A stretch of 64,000 bases of DNA, taken from contig CBDFJR010000002.1 of NCBI GenBank assembly GCA_965248535.1, positions 768,001 to 832,000 of the forward strand, read 5' to 3'. This document shows, piece by piece, positions 11,014-20,791 of this stretch. Both the position numbers and the translations under genes were made by a program. The stretch is from Phormidesmis sp. (GTDB taxonomy: Bacteria > Cyanobacteriota > Cyanobacteriia > Leptolyngbyales > Leptolyngbyaceae). The notes under the pieces were generated by a model. It was given only the letters and a program-made list of their open reading frames with translations, did not search any database and was not told the origin of the DNA. Every line of letters starts with the position of its first letter. Position 1 is the stretch's first letter.

Positions 11014-12198
11014 TTGAAACCCTATTGTCTTGGCTTAGTTATCGCATTGACCACAGTGGTGAGTTCTGATTTGGCGATCGCGGCTGAAAAACCGCAGGAC
11101 TCAGCGCCTAAAACCATTGCTCAAGTCACAGTGCAGGCTGCGCCATCCAGTGAACAAATTCTTCAACAAAAACTTCAGCAGTTAGAACAAAAACAACATC
11201 AGCTTGAGCAAGAAATTGAAGGATTGCGGCAGCAAATCACCGCGCCTAAACCCGTTCCGCCTGGCGTAGTTGTGCCTGTCGTGGTCGTGCCCGAAGACCG
11301 CCCCCAAAGCTGGGAAATCTCCACTCAAGTGCTGTTTCTCAAGCCCACCACCAGCAACCTGATGGATTTTGCGATCGTCGATCCAGGCACAGCGTTGGCT
11401 GTGAGCGGAGACTTAGCTAAAGTCGGCTACGATCGGGCCGCTGCCTTGCGCGTAGGGGTAACCTACCATCCGCCTCAAACCGCTTGGGCGATCTCAGCTA
11501 GCCACACTTTTTTAGACACCGACGGCAGCAACAGTGCAGTCAGACCGACCAACGGCGCGTTGTTTGCGACCTTTACCCATCCGTTTCAAAATGACTCGGC
11601 TGACACGGCATCGGCGCGATCGACGCTAGGCTATAACGCCACAGATATTGAGTTAGCCTACAATTTTCAAGTTGGCAAAAGCCTGGATATGCGAGTGTTT
11701 GGGGGGCTGCGGTTTTCAGATGTCAATCAAGAAATGACGGTCGATTATAACGGTCGCGACTTTAATCAGGGTCGAGCCATTGTTGAAAGCAGCTTTAGTG
11801 GCTTTGGGCCGCGACTGGGGGCTGAGGCAAAAATCAGGCTAGCCAGCGATTTGAGCCTGTTTGGTCGCGGAGCCGGAACCCTGCTGTTGGGGAGTTTATC
11901 GACTCGCTATGACGAAACCGATAATGCGGGTGCAGATGTCGTGGCTAGCCTTCGTCAAGACCGCAATCAGCAGATTGTACCGGGCATGGATCTAGCGATC
12001 GGGCTAAATTGGCAGCCCAAAGTCAGCCAGAGCACCAGTCTCAATTTCAGCATTGGCTATGAATATCAGCATTTGTTTAACGTGGCTGACTCGATTCGAT
12101 TTGTGAGTGCGGGCAGTCCGGGGGTGTTTACTGAGTCGCAAAACGATTTAAGCTTGCAGGGCTTTTTCCTGCGGCTTGGGTTATCGTCTCAGTTTTGA
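11014..12198 (+). CDS. Outer-membrane beta-barrel protein (Lpg1974/major outer membrane protein-like) with signal peptide and coiled coil
   Basis: GAGGAG at 11002-11007 precedes TTG at 11014. Signal peptide (AIA-AE), Q-rich coiled coil, alternating amphipathic beta-strands, FxGxGPRLG motif, C-terminal Phe (LGLSSQF). Confidence 0.75.
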   Translation: MKPYCLGLVIALTTVVSSDLAIAAEKPQDSAPKTIAQVTVQAAPSSEQILQQKLQQLEQKQHQLEQEIEGLRQQITAPKPVPPGVVVPVVVVPEDRPQSWEISTQVLFLKPTTSNLMDFAIVDPGTALAVSGDLAKVGYDRAAALRVGVTYHPPQTAWAISASHTFLDTDGSNSAVRPTNGALFATFTHPFQNDSADTASARSTLGYNATDIELAYNFQVGKSLDMRVFGGLRFSDVNQEMTVDYNGRDFNQGRAIVESSFSGFGPRLGAEAKIRLASDLSLFGRGAGTLLLGSLSTRYDETDNAGADVVASLRQDRNQQIVPGMDLAIGLNWQPKVSQSTSLNFSIGYEYQHLFNVADSIRFVSAGSPGVFTESQNDLSLQGFFLRLGLSSQF

Positions 12199-12239
12199 TG
12201 CCTCAGTTCTGGTGGCTGAGAACGGGTCTGCGATCGCGT

Positions 12240-12800
12240 CTACGAGGTGAAGCGAAACTTGCCGATAATGGATTGAAAGTCCCAGCGAATCGGATCGGAT
12301 GGGTAGTCATAAAACACAGTCAGCACCATGATCGTCTGGCGATCGCGACTCGGAAACACCACGTCATCTCCACAGATCTTGGCGCACCACGGGTAAGCGA
12401 TCGCGGGCTGCCCCGCAAAGCTATAGCTTTTGAGGCTATCTTGACGATCGCTGAAATGAGAGGCGGTCTGTTGGCTGACCCACTCTGAGGCAGAGAGTTT
12501 TTGAGGGTTGCTAAACGCCTCAATCGCAATGCTGCCAGCCTGATCGGGTGCCTTGGGCTGAAGCCGCACCCCGCGACTATCTCCGGTCGCATCTAACCGA
12601 TAGCTAGACGGATAGTCAATTTTGAATTTATAACGCTGGCTCTGATAGGTTTGATAGCCGTTTGGCGCGGGTTGCGTCGCTCGTGCAGAACGGGTTGCGG
12701 TGCGGGCGATCGCCGCCCCACTGAAAGATAAAAGACTTAATAAAATCAAAGCTCCGGTCAAAAAACTGACTTGTCTAAACGGCAAAAATGAGGTTGTCAT
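12240..12800 (-). CDS. Exported hypothetical protein (possible PsbP/Mog1p-like fold)
   Basis: Signal peptide, 'YQSQRYKFKIDYP' and 'FQSIIGKFRF' patterns. Confidence 0.55.
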   Translation of the reverse strand: MTTSFLPFRQVSFLTGALILLSLLSFSGAAIARTATRSARATQPAPNGYQTYQSQRYKFKIDYPSSYRLDATGDSRGVRLQPKAPDQAGSIAIEAFSNPQKLSASEWVSQQTASHFSDRQDSLKSYSFAGQPAIAYPWCAKICGDDVVFPSRDRQTIMVLTVFYDYPSDPIRWDFQSIIGKFRFTS

Positions 12801-12913
12801 CAGAATTAATCAACAGATCTAATCATGATGATCACAACGAACTGTGATCAATCAGGGAAATTCCTCAAATAATAACCATTCCCTTAAAACGATCGTCCAT
12901 CTTGGGTCTGAAG

Positions 12914-13735
12914 TTAAGCAACTCCCCAAATTTTGACGGTTTGATCGTCGCTGCCACTGACCAATAGAGGACGATCGCGACTCACGGCCACGGCGGTCAC
13001 TAAGCGGGAATGTCCTTGGAGCAAGCAGACTTCTCGCGCAGCGTGCAAATCCCAAATCTTGATCGTTTGGCGGCTGCCGCTTACTAAATGTCTACCGTCG
13101 TTGACCGTGACTGACGCGATCGTTTTGGGTCGTTTTTGAGAAGTTGAGATGGGTTGCTCAGTTCTCAGACTCCAGGTTTTGATCACCTGCTGTCTGGTTC
13201 TAATCGTGAAACTGTCTTCGTCAGGGTCGATCGAAATTGCGAATACGATCGCCCAGACATTCACACTAAACACCAGTTCTTTTGCCTCTAAGTCCCAGAC
13301 GTTCACCACCCCATCTCGACTGGCACTGATCACAATCTCTTGATCAGGGCGGTAGACAAAATGACGAGTAGCGACGGCGATCGCGGTGATCCCGGCGGCG
13401 TGTCCGGTCAAGGTGGCGAGACACTCAAACAGCCCATAGGGGCTATAGTCGTCTAGTGCTTTTTTTGCCTTGAGGTCGCCCCGGTTTTGCAGCAGCAGAT
13501 AGGCCACTTTTTGCACCGCCAACGACGAATCTTGCAGCCCTTGAATTAACAGATCCAGTCCGACGCTCCCACGATCGGCTTCTCTAAGTGCAGCAATGCG
13601 CTGGTCTGGACGATCGCTGGCAAACCGTCGTTTGATGCCGTCTAGCCCGCCAAGCACCACACTACCCGCCGGGACTGTCACCTGACCGCCCAGCACTGCG
13701 TCATCTCGTTTGGGTTGATTCAAAGGACTGATCAC
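12914..13735 (-). CDS. WD40 repeat protein with a cyanobacterial N-terminal helical domain
   Basis: GH...WD repeats (LTGHAAGI...VWDL; LQGHSRLV...SGSDDQTVKIW). Confidence 0.8.
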   Translation of the reverse strand: MISPLNQPKRDDAVLGGQVTVPAGSVVLGGLDGIKRRFASDRPDQRIAALREADRGSVGLDLLIQGLQDSSLAVQKVAYLLLQNRGDLKAKKALDDYSPYGLFECLATLTGHAAGITAIAVATRHFVYRPDQEIVISASRDGVVNVWDLEAKELVFSVNVWAIVFAISIDPDEDSFTIRTRQQVIKTWSLRTEQPISTSQKRPKTIASVTVNDGRHLVSGSRQTIKIWDLHAAREVCLLQGHSRLVTAVAVSRDRPLLVSGSDDQTVKIWGVA

Positions 13736-13888
13736 ACCCTTTATTCTAGTATTTAGGGCTTGCAGAATCGATAGGCTGGGGCAGCCGTTAATTTTTCTAC
13801 CTTTCTCGATCCTAATCCTGCTACGCTCAATAAAAGCTCCTTTGATGCCGACAAAGGAGATTTTTTACATCCCGAAACCCTTCAACCT

Positions 13889-15079
13889 ATGAGTCACCCA
13901 GACAGCATTGCTCCTCACGGTGGGCAACTGATTAATCGCATCGCTAGCCCTGCTCAACATGAAGAGTTTCTCTCAAAAGCAGACCACTTGCCCAGAGTGC
14001 AGCTTGACGATCGGGCAGCTTCTGACCTAGCTCTGATCGCCATCGGTGGCTTTAGCCCGCTCACAGGCTTTCTCGAAAAAGCAGACTACGATCGGGTGGT
14101 CAGTGAGATGCACCTAGCCAATGGGTTGCCTTGGTCGATTCCCGTGACGCTGCCCGTGAGTGAGGCTGTGGCCGAGCCGCTCAAAGAAGGCAGTCTAGTG
14201 CGTCTAGATGACAGTCGAGGGCGGTTTATTGGGGTGCTAGAACTGACGCAGAAATATGCTTATGACAAGGTGCACGAGGCGCTTCACGTCTATCGCACCA
14301 ACGAAGAAAAGCATCCCGGTGTGGCAGTGGTCTATCAGCAGGGTGCGATCAATCTTGCAGGCCCGGTGTGGATGCTCAAGCGCGAGGCTCATCCTCAGTT
14401 TCCGACCTATCAGATTGACCCGATCGCGTCTCGTGCGCTCTTTAGAGAAAAAGGGTGGAAGACGATCGTGGCGTTTCAGACTCGCAACCCGATTCACCGC
14501 GCTCACGAATACATTCAAAAATGTGCGCTTGAAACCGTGGATGGGTTGTTTCTGCATCCGCTCGTAGGAGTCACCAAGGGCGATGACATTTCGGCTGATA
14601 TTCGGATGCGCTGCTACGAAATCATGCTGGAGCATTACTTCCCCAAAGATCGCGTTATTTTGGCCATCAACCCTGCGGCCATGCGCTATGCCGGGCCGCG
14701 TGAAGCGATCTTTCATGCGCTGCTGCGCAAAAACTACGGCTGCACTCACTTCATCGTCGGACGTGATCATGCGGGGGTCGGCGACTATTATGGCACCTAC
14801 GACGCTCAACACATTTTTGATGAGTTTGATCCCGATGCGTTGGGAATCAAGCCGATGAAGTTTGAGCACGCCTTCTACTGCAAGCGCACGGAAGGCATGG
14901 CCACCACCAAAACCAGCCCCAGCACTCCTGAAGAGCGCATTCATCTCTCCGGCACCAAAGTTCGTGAGATGCTGCGTCGAGGTGAATTGCCGCCGCCTGA
15001 GTTTTCTCGCCCCGAAGTGGCTGCCGAACTCGCCAAAGCAATGAAGATTCCTGCACCCGTTTGGGGAGATGGGATTTAG
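13889..15079 (+). CDS. sat: Sulfate adenylyltransferase (ATP sulfurylase)
   Basis: [32 protein letters not shown] and SGTKVR motifs. Confidence 0.97.
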   Translation: MSHPDSIAPHGGQLINRIASPAQHEEFLSKADHLPRVQLDDRAASDLALIAIGGFSPLTGFLEKADYDRVVSEMHLANGLPWSIPVTLPVSEAVAEPLKEGSLVRLDDSRGRFIGVLELTQKYAYDKVHEALHVYRTNEEKHPGVAVVYQQGAINLAGPVWMLKREAHPQFPTYQIDPIASRALFREKGWKTIVAFQTRNPIHRAHEYIQKCALETVDGLFLHPLVGVTKGDDISADIRMRCYEIMLEHYFPKDRVILAINPAAMRYAGPREAIFHALLRKNYGCTHFIVGRDHAGVGDYYGTYDAQHIFDEFDPDALGIKPMKFEHAFYCKRTEGMATTKTSPSTPEERIHLSGTKVREMLRRGELPPPEFSRPEVAAELAKAMKIPAPVWGDGI

Positions 15080-15088
15080 ATTTCACGC

Positions 15089-16432
15089 TCAACGCATTGA
15101 GAAAATCTCTTCAGCCGAAGAGGGATGAATACCGATCGTGCGATCGAGATCCTGTTTAGTGATTCCTTTTTTCATGGCTAGCGCAAATCCTTGCAGCATC
15201 TCGGCAGCATGATCGCTCACGATGTGAATGCCAATCACTTGATCGGTTGCACGATTGACCACCAGCTTGATCAAGGCTCTGTCAGTCTGACCACTTAAGC
15301 TGTAGAACAACGGCTGAAACTCACTTTCATAGCAGCGCACGGCCGCCTCGCCCAAATGCGCTTTTGCCTGTGGCTCAGTCATGCCCACCGATGCCGCTTC
15401 GGGGCGACAGCACACGGCCGACGGCACACTTTCATAATCCACCGTCCAAGCCTGATCACCAAAAATAGTGTCAGCAAAAGCGCGACCCTCTGACAGTGCA
15501 ACGGGGGTGAGTTGCTTGCGATTAGTGCAGTCTCCAACCGCGAAAATGTTGGGCTGACTGGTGCGACTGTGGGCATCAACGGCGATCGCGCCCCGATCGA
15601 TTTCAATGCCCACCTGCTCTAAGCCTAGGTTGCTTAAATTAGCGCTGCGCCCGATCGCGCACAAAACCAGATCGGCGGTGATTGGGTTCGGGTGGTCTGA
15701 CAGCATTAGCTGCAAGGTGCGATCGTGGGCAACAATTTCTTTAATCGTAGTGTTGCAGGCAATCTCAATGCCTCGCTGAGTCAACCCCTGATGAATGGCA
15801 GCGCTAACGGCCGGATCAAATCCATTCAGAAGGCAGTGTTCATGGTTCATTAAAAACACCTCTGCTCCAAATCCGCGCAGGGCGCTAGCAAACTCAACGC
15901 CGATATAGCCGCCGCCAACAATGGCAATTTTCTGCGGCAACTGCGGCAGGTTAAACATCTGCTCAGACGTAATCGCGTGTTCAGCACCCGGAATAGTGAG
16001 CCGATTAGGGTGACTGCCAACCGCCAAGAGAATTTTATCGGCAGTGATTTTTTGTCCAGCAACTTCGACGGTGTGAGCATCGATCAACATGGCCCGATCG
16101 GGGATCAATCGAATCCCTTTTTGAGTCAGCGATCGCGTGTGGGCTTGCCGAAATTTATCGATCGCCTGATCTCGCGCTTTGACAAATTTTGCCCAGTCAA
16201 ACTGCGGGCGATCGCCGCTCCAGCCATAGCCTTTAGACGCATCTGCATAGTGGGCAAAGTCAGCCGCATAGACCATCAGCTTTTTAGGAACACATCCCAT
16301 GTTGGCACAGGTGCCGCCAAGCTGACGAGCTTCAGCGATCGCGACTCGTGCGCCATGATGGGCTGCTTGCTTTGCCGCCCCCAGCCCTCCGGGGCCAGCC
16401 CCAATCACAAACAGATCATAATTTTCAATCAT
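15089..16432 (-). CDS. gor: Glutathione-disulfide reductase
   Basis: GxGxxG FAD motif, GGTCANMGCVPKK redox disulfide, GGGYIGVEFA, HPSSAEE. Confidence 0.88.
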   Translation of the reverse strand: MIENYDLFVIGAGPGGLGAAKQAAHHGARVAIAEARQLGGTCANMGCVPKKLMVYAADFAHYADASKGYGWSGDRPQFDWAKFVKARDQAIDKFRQAHTRSLTQKGIRLIPDRAMLIDAHTVEVAGQKITADKILLAVGSHPNRLTIPGAEHAITSEQMFNLPQLPQKIAIVGGGYIGVEFASALRGFGAEVFLMNHEHCLLNGFDPAVSAAIHQGLTQRGIEIACNTTIKEIVAHDRTLQLMLSDHPNPITADLVLCAIGRSANLSNLGLEQVGIEIDRGAIAVDAHSRTSQPNIFAVGDCTNRKQLTPVALSEGRAFADTIFGDQAWTVDYESVPSAVCCRPEAASVGMTEPQAKAHLGEAAVRCYESEFQPLFYSLSGQTDRALIKLVVNRATDQVIGIHIVSDHAAEMLQGFALAMKKGITKQDLDRTIGIHPSSAEEIFSMR

Positions 16433-16614
16433 ATTTAAACAGTTTATAAAACGCTCACCTATCGCGACTCTAGAGAGTGAGCATCGGGTGTGACAACTAC
16501 CTATAGAAAGAGAAAAATCGCTAAGTGAAATGAAAATTTAGGCTCAAAAGAGAGACGGCCACGATCGTCGCGATGAATATTGTTAAGAATGCAAAAATAA
16601 TGGACTTACTAGCA

Positions 16615-16830
16615 ATGGTTGAAACGTTTAAGCAGGGCGATCAGGTTGAGTGGAACAGTTCTGGTCAGGTGATCGAAGGCACCATTGAGAGAAAAATTAC
16701 TGGGCCGACTGACTTTAAAGGACACCACTTTGAGGCTTCAGAAGAGCATCCTGAATATCTGGTCAAGAGCGACAAGACAGGAAAAGAAGCCATTCACAAA
16801 CCCGACTCACTCAAGAAAATCGGAAAGTAA
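16615..16830 (+). CDS. DUF2945 / Hva1-Tudor-like small protein
   Basis: FKQGDQVEW...YLVKSDKTGKEAIHKPDSL pattern. The start codon is uncertain (16573, 16600 or 16615). Confidence 0.75.
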   Translation: MVETFKQGDQVEWNSSGQVIEGTIERKITGPTDFKGHHFEASEEHPEYLVKSDKTGKEAIHKPDSLKKIGK

Positions 16831-16860
16831 CAGCAGATTGCTCTTTCACCAGCATCAAAA

Positions 16861-16884
16861 AACAAGGGGCCTAAGCCCCTTGTC
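16861..16884. terminator. Hairpin between convergent genes, likely a bidirectional terminator
   Basis: ACAAGGGGC-CTAA-GCCCCTTGT preceded by an A-run. Confidence 0.7.
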
Positions 16885-16905
16885 TGAGAGTCGAAATGCG
16901 ATCGC

Positions 16906-17883
16906 TTAGAACCCGTTGAAGTTATAGCCAACCCCAATCAAGATACCGACGGCCGCTTCTCCGGTCACGGTCGCGTTGACCGCAGCCGTTGCCGTAAACT
17001 GTGAGCTAATAGGTACGTCAATTCCACCCGTTAGCAGCAGGGCCACATCGGCCCCATCTCCGGTCGAAATCGCGGCTCCGAGACCGACATAAGGAGCAGC
17101 GTTAAAGCCTAGCGCTCCCGTTGGGCCTGCCCCAACCGAGAAATCGTAGGTGATCGGCAGCAAAATCGTTACGTTATCGCTAAACAGCACCGAAGGACGC
17201 ACCGAGAAAGACGGCAGTAAGCCCACTTTGCTGATCACCGCAAAACTGCCCTGACCCAACGACGTGTCACCGCTGCCAAGTCCAATGTTTCCACCGACTC
17301 CTACATAGCTAGACCCCGATCGGGTTGCGCGTCCTGGTGAAACCTGATTCAGAATTGGGGTCGGGCTTGTGGGGGTGGTCTCAGTCGGAGTGGTAGGAGT
17401 CGTGGGAGTGGTCTCAGTCGGAACGGTCGGCTGAATCTGAGGCATAGACTGGGCCGGAGTCGTTGGCGCACTCTGAGTTTGAATCGGGGTCTGCACGGGC
17501 TGAGGAGTGGTTTGAGTCTGGGTAGGCGTTCCTTTTAAGTCAGGCTGCGAAGTCCCAGAAGGGCTGGTGCTCTGGGCCATGACGGTTCTCGGTGAAATAG
17601 AAGATTGTGTAGAGTTGACTTGAGCAGAAGTCTCAGCACCCGGCGATCGTAGACTCGACAGCCCGATCGCAGACTGAGCGACTTTGCCCGGCGTTGGCTT
17701 GACCACACGAGTAGTCTGCACCACAGCAGGCTGAGATGGAGCGCTCACAGAGCTTTCTGCAAGTGGCGCATCGTCGCTGCTGGGGCTTTCTGCCTGAGCC
17801 TGCGAGGTGCCTGCAAAAACGGCTAGACAAACCAAACTTAGGGGCAAGGCAGCATAACTAAACCGAAACAGATTGAATTTCAT
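16906..17883 (-). CDS. Exported protein with a Pro/Thr-rich linker and a C-terminal small outer-membrane beta-barrel
   Basis: Signal peptide (AQA-ES), PTETTPTT repeats, SYVGVGGNIG...IGVGYNF C-terminal barrel. Confidence 0.7.
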   Translation of the reverse strand: MKFNLFRFSYAALPLSLVCLAVFAGTSQAQAESPSSDDAPLAESSVSAPSQPAVVQTTRVVKPTPGKVAQSAIGLSSLRSPGAETSAQVNSTQSSISPRTVMAQSTSPSGTSQPDLKGTPTQTQTTPQPVQTPIQTQSAPTTPAQSMPQIQPTVPTETTPTTPTTPTETTPTSPTPILNQVSPGRATRSGSSYVGVGGNIGLGSGDTSLGQGSFAVISKVGLLPSFSVRPSVLFSDNVTILLPITYDFSVGAGPTGALGFNAAPYVGLGAAISTGDGADVALLLTGGIDVPISSQFTATAAVNATVTGEAAVGILIGVGYNFNGF

Positions 17884-18038
17884 AATTGCTCTAATACACT
17901 CAAGGCGTAGGTTCACAACGATCGGACTAAAGTCACCACAACTTTTCAGCTTGCCCTTAGAGCGTAAGAACGATCGCCGTTTGCACCCTCTCTCTAAAGA
18001 AGGAATATTGGCACCTTGAGCGAGTCAAGAAAATCTGT

Positions 18039-19403
18039 CTAGCGCCTTATGTGAGTGGCAAAGTTTTGCGATCGGGTCGGCGACAGCGTGCGCGCTTTTA
18101 GAATAGCCGCCCCTAAAAAGGCATACGACAAGATGCCAACGAGGGCCAACACAAACGGACTCACCGATCCCATTGCATTCCACAGCGCATGTAAGCTAGC
18201 CGACGAGAAATAACCGATTCCTAAAATAATCGCACTCTGTCTAGGGTTCAAAACGCTCAGCCCTACAAAATAGCCTAAATAACCGCTATAGGCCATGTGT
18301 CCTGAGATGGAGCCTAGCAGACGAGGAATCAGCAGTTGCAGTCCCATTAGCTGCCTAGGTCCATCGCCCAACTGCAACGTCGTGTTTTGAATCATGTCGG
18401 GCACATATTGCCCCAACGTCTCCAGCAACGTAAAGCCCACCGCAGAGGCGGCTCCTAGCAAAATGCCATCAAGGGGTTCTGAGATGCCAATGCGCTCTTT
18501 CCAAGGAGTCGGCAGCAGTCGCCCCACCAGATAAAATCCCAGCAGCGGCAGGGCTTTGAGTAGCTCTTCCATCAACCCTGCGCCAAAAAACATCCGAATC
18601 AGCAGCACCACAAAATTGATCGGTTCCCCGGCTTCTGGCACTTGCCCCGGCAAGAGGTGTCGAAACAGCACAATAAACAGCGGCAACACCGGACTTCTCA
18701 ACAGCAGCACCGTCGTCAGCCCCGCCAACAGCAGCACCCACCAGGGTTTGTGCTTCCCGCACAGTCGATAGACAAAATAGTAGGCAGCTAGAGCAATATA
18801 AGTCGCTAACAAAAGATTAAACGGCACTGCGTTGCCGACAGCGACAAACAGGCTGACCACAAAGCCCACCGTGATCACGCCAGGAGCGAGGTAGGCTTTT
18901 TGACGCAGATCGCCCCCCGTCGAAGCGATCGGGAAAAGCTGCGTAAAGGTGACAGAATTTCTAGGCACTCTTGACGATCGCGACAGCGGCTTAATCTCGT
19001 CGATCGTCTGCATGACAGCGGGCAAAGGACTGGGAGGAGAGCAATAGTCAAACACAAACTCTGGCCCGTTTTGACCCAACGAGATGCGATCGCCTGCCTT
19101 TAAGACTCGGCACCCTCTCAATCGTCTGCCGTTTAGGTAGGTGCCATTTGAGCTATTGAGGTCACACACCCACCAAGTCGGTCGCCCATGAGCGGTGGTG
19201 TCTGTGGGGCGAATCTCAACGTGGCGACGTGAAACAGAGCCATAGATAGTCGAATCGAGAACAATTTGACAGCGAGGGTCACGCCCGATCGCCATAATTT
19301 GTTCTGTAGACAGAGAATAAGCTGGCTGTTTCTGCTCAGAGAGGGTGCCACTGGGCAGTTGCCGCAGTGAAGCGATCGCAAGGGGTTCGCCCGTCATGTT
19401 CAC
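18039..19403 (-). CDS. FHA domain + PrsW-family glutamic intramembrane protease
   Basis: IGRD..SRRH..SNGT FHA motifs, EELLK, GFTLLE, H...LHALWN and several transmembrane helices. Confidence 0.9.
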   Translation of the reverse strand: MNMTGEPLAIASLRQLPSGTLSEQKQPAYSLSTEQIMAIGRDPRCQIVLDSTIYGSVSRRHVEIRPTDTTAHGRPTWWVCDLNSSNGTYLNGRRLRGCRVLKAGDRISLGQNGPEFVFDYCSPPSPLPAVMQTIDEIKPLSRSSRVPRNSVTFTQLFPIASTGGDLRQKAYLAPGVITVGFVVSLFVAVGNAVPFNLLLATYIALAAYYFVYRLCGKHKPWWVLLLAGLTTVLLLRSPVLPLFIVLFRHLLPGQVPEAGEPINFVVLLIRMFFGAGLMEELLKALPLLGFYLVGRLLPTPWKERIGISEPLDGILLGAASAVGFTLLETLGQYVPDMIQNTTLQLGDGPRQLMGLQLLIPRLLGSISGHMAYSGYLGYFVGLSVLNPRQSAIILGIGYFSSASLHALWNAMGSVSPFVLALVGILSYAFLGAAILKARTLSPTRSQNFATHIRR

Positions 19404-19556
19404 AGATTTCAGCAGACGGCATGGGTCTGAGATATCGGTAGGCTATCTCAGACTATGGGTAGTATAGGAAACATTTCATACATAATTCTCAGTCCCCCTG
19501 ATTAAATCATAAAGTTTGAATGAAGAAACAGTCACTCAAACGCCGTGATTTGAGAT

Positions 19557-19754
19557 TTATTTTTGATTGGCTCTGGTGTCTAACACAGCCGTATAAAAGA
19601 AAATTGCTGTGAGCGGCACACTGAGCGCGAGAATCACCCCGGTAACTAGCCCACCTAGCTGAGGGCTACCCGACGAGAGTTCAAAGACAGAACCGACAGC
19701 GGCGATCGCGGCAATGCACGATCCACCTAAAAACACACCACTTTTTGGAGTCAC
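19557..19754 (-). CDS. Small two-TM cyanobacterial membrane protein
   Basis: 65 aa, two hydrophobic helices, AAVGSVFEL motif. Confidence 0.65.
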   Translation of the reverse strand: MTPKSGVFLGGSCIAAIAAVGSVFELSSGSPQLGGLVTGVILALSVPLTAIFFYTAVLDTRANQK

Positions 19755-19780
19755 GGAATTTTGCCCCTAATGTCTAATCA

Positions 19781-19904
19781 TTCTAACGGGCGCGGTGTAT
19801 CGTGCCCCCACGCAAATCTCGATTTAACCGTTCTGACGGGCGCGGCGTACCGTGCCCCTACGGTCTGACGGGCGCGGCGTACCGTGCACCTACGCAAATC
19901 TCGA
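19781..19904. repeat. Three direct copies of a GTAG-type REP hairpin
   Basis: ACGGGCGCGGYGTAYCGTGC(C/A)CCYAC at about 19786, 19836 and 19868. The reverse complement begins GTAGGGGCACGG. Confidence 0.8.
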
Positions 19905-19919
19905 CCTGAAATTCCAATC

Positions 19920-20480
19920 CTAGATCGGTTTGACTGCGTGAGACGAAAAGCCCCGCTTGGTGAGTTCTTGAGTCAGTGCCAGCTTATTTTCGACCCGATC
20001 GACAAATAACACCCCGTTTAAGTGATCGATTTCGTGCTGAATGGCGCGGGCGAGTAACCCCGTGGCGCTGATCAGTTGAGGACGGCCGTGCTCATCTTTA
20101 AAAGCAACGTCGATCGCTTCGGGGCGCGTCACATCTAGATAAACGCCTGGAATGCTCAAGCAGCCTTCTTGCCCAACTTCAAGATCAAGGCTTGATTTTT
20201 TGATCATCGGATTGATCAAAATCAGGGGAGGCGTGGCCGCGTTGTCAGGGTCACAGTCCACCACAATTAGCTGCTTGTTGATCGCCACTTGTGGAGCCGC
20301 TAACCCGATGCCATCTTCGCTATACATGGTTTGCAGCATCTCTCGCACCATCTGACGAATCTCAGCATCAATTTTTGAGATGCGCTTGGCGGGCTGACGC
20401 AACACGCGATCGCCCAATTGATGAACCTCTAGGGGTGGCTTCGCTAACTTTTTCTTCTCAACCAAAACTTCAGAAGTCAT
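19920..20480 (-). CDS. def: Peptide deformylase
   Basis: GIGLAAPQ, EGCLS and QHEIDH motifs. Confidence 0.97.
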   Translation of the reverse strand: MTSEVLVEKKKLAKPPLEVHQLGDRVLRQPAKRISKIDAEIRQMVREMLQTMYSEDGIGLAAPQVAINKQLIVVDCDPDNAATPPLILINPMIKKSSLDLEVGQEGCLSIPGVYLDVTRPEAIDVAFKDEHGRPQLISATGLLARAIQHEIDHLNGVLFVDRVENKLALTQELTKRGFSSHAVKPI

Positions 20481-20619
20481 GGACTTAATTTCTCAACAAT
20501 AATGACAAAGGTCGAACTGATTCCGCTTTAGATCTATCTTAACCAATTCTGGCGACTCCCTCAAATGTTGGAAATTTTCTTGTTGCAAATCCATCGCCAT
20601 CGCCACCGTTTTTGCAAGA

Positions 20620-20643
20620 GGGCATGGCGTGCCATGCTCCTAC
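20620..20643. repeat. REP hairpin of the same family
   Basis: GGGCATGGCGTGCCATGCTCCTAC. Confidence 0.65.
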
Positions 20644-20791
20644 GGGGTTGCGCGATCGTGGGGATGGGTGGGGCAATATCGGGATTGATCCCGTTCACAA
20701 ACCAAATCACGATCGCGTCCCAAATTTCTGAGAAGCTTTGCCAACTTGGTGATAAAAGATAACGGAGACGACCAAAATTTGGGGATGATGC

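Noticed and set aside
14237..14944. 235-aa antisense ORF over sat, and similar shadow ORFs across the window
   Set aside because: They fully overlap well-supported genes on the opposite strand and carry no recognisable motifs.
19781..19904. Possible mini CRISPR array
   Set aside because: The spacers are very short (about 2-19 bp) and partly repeated, the units match the dispersed REP family, and there are no cas genes.
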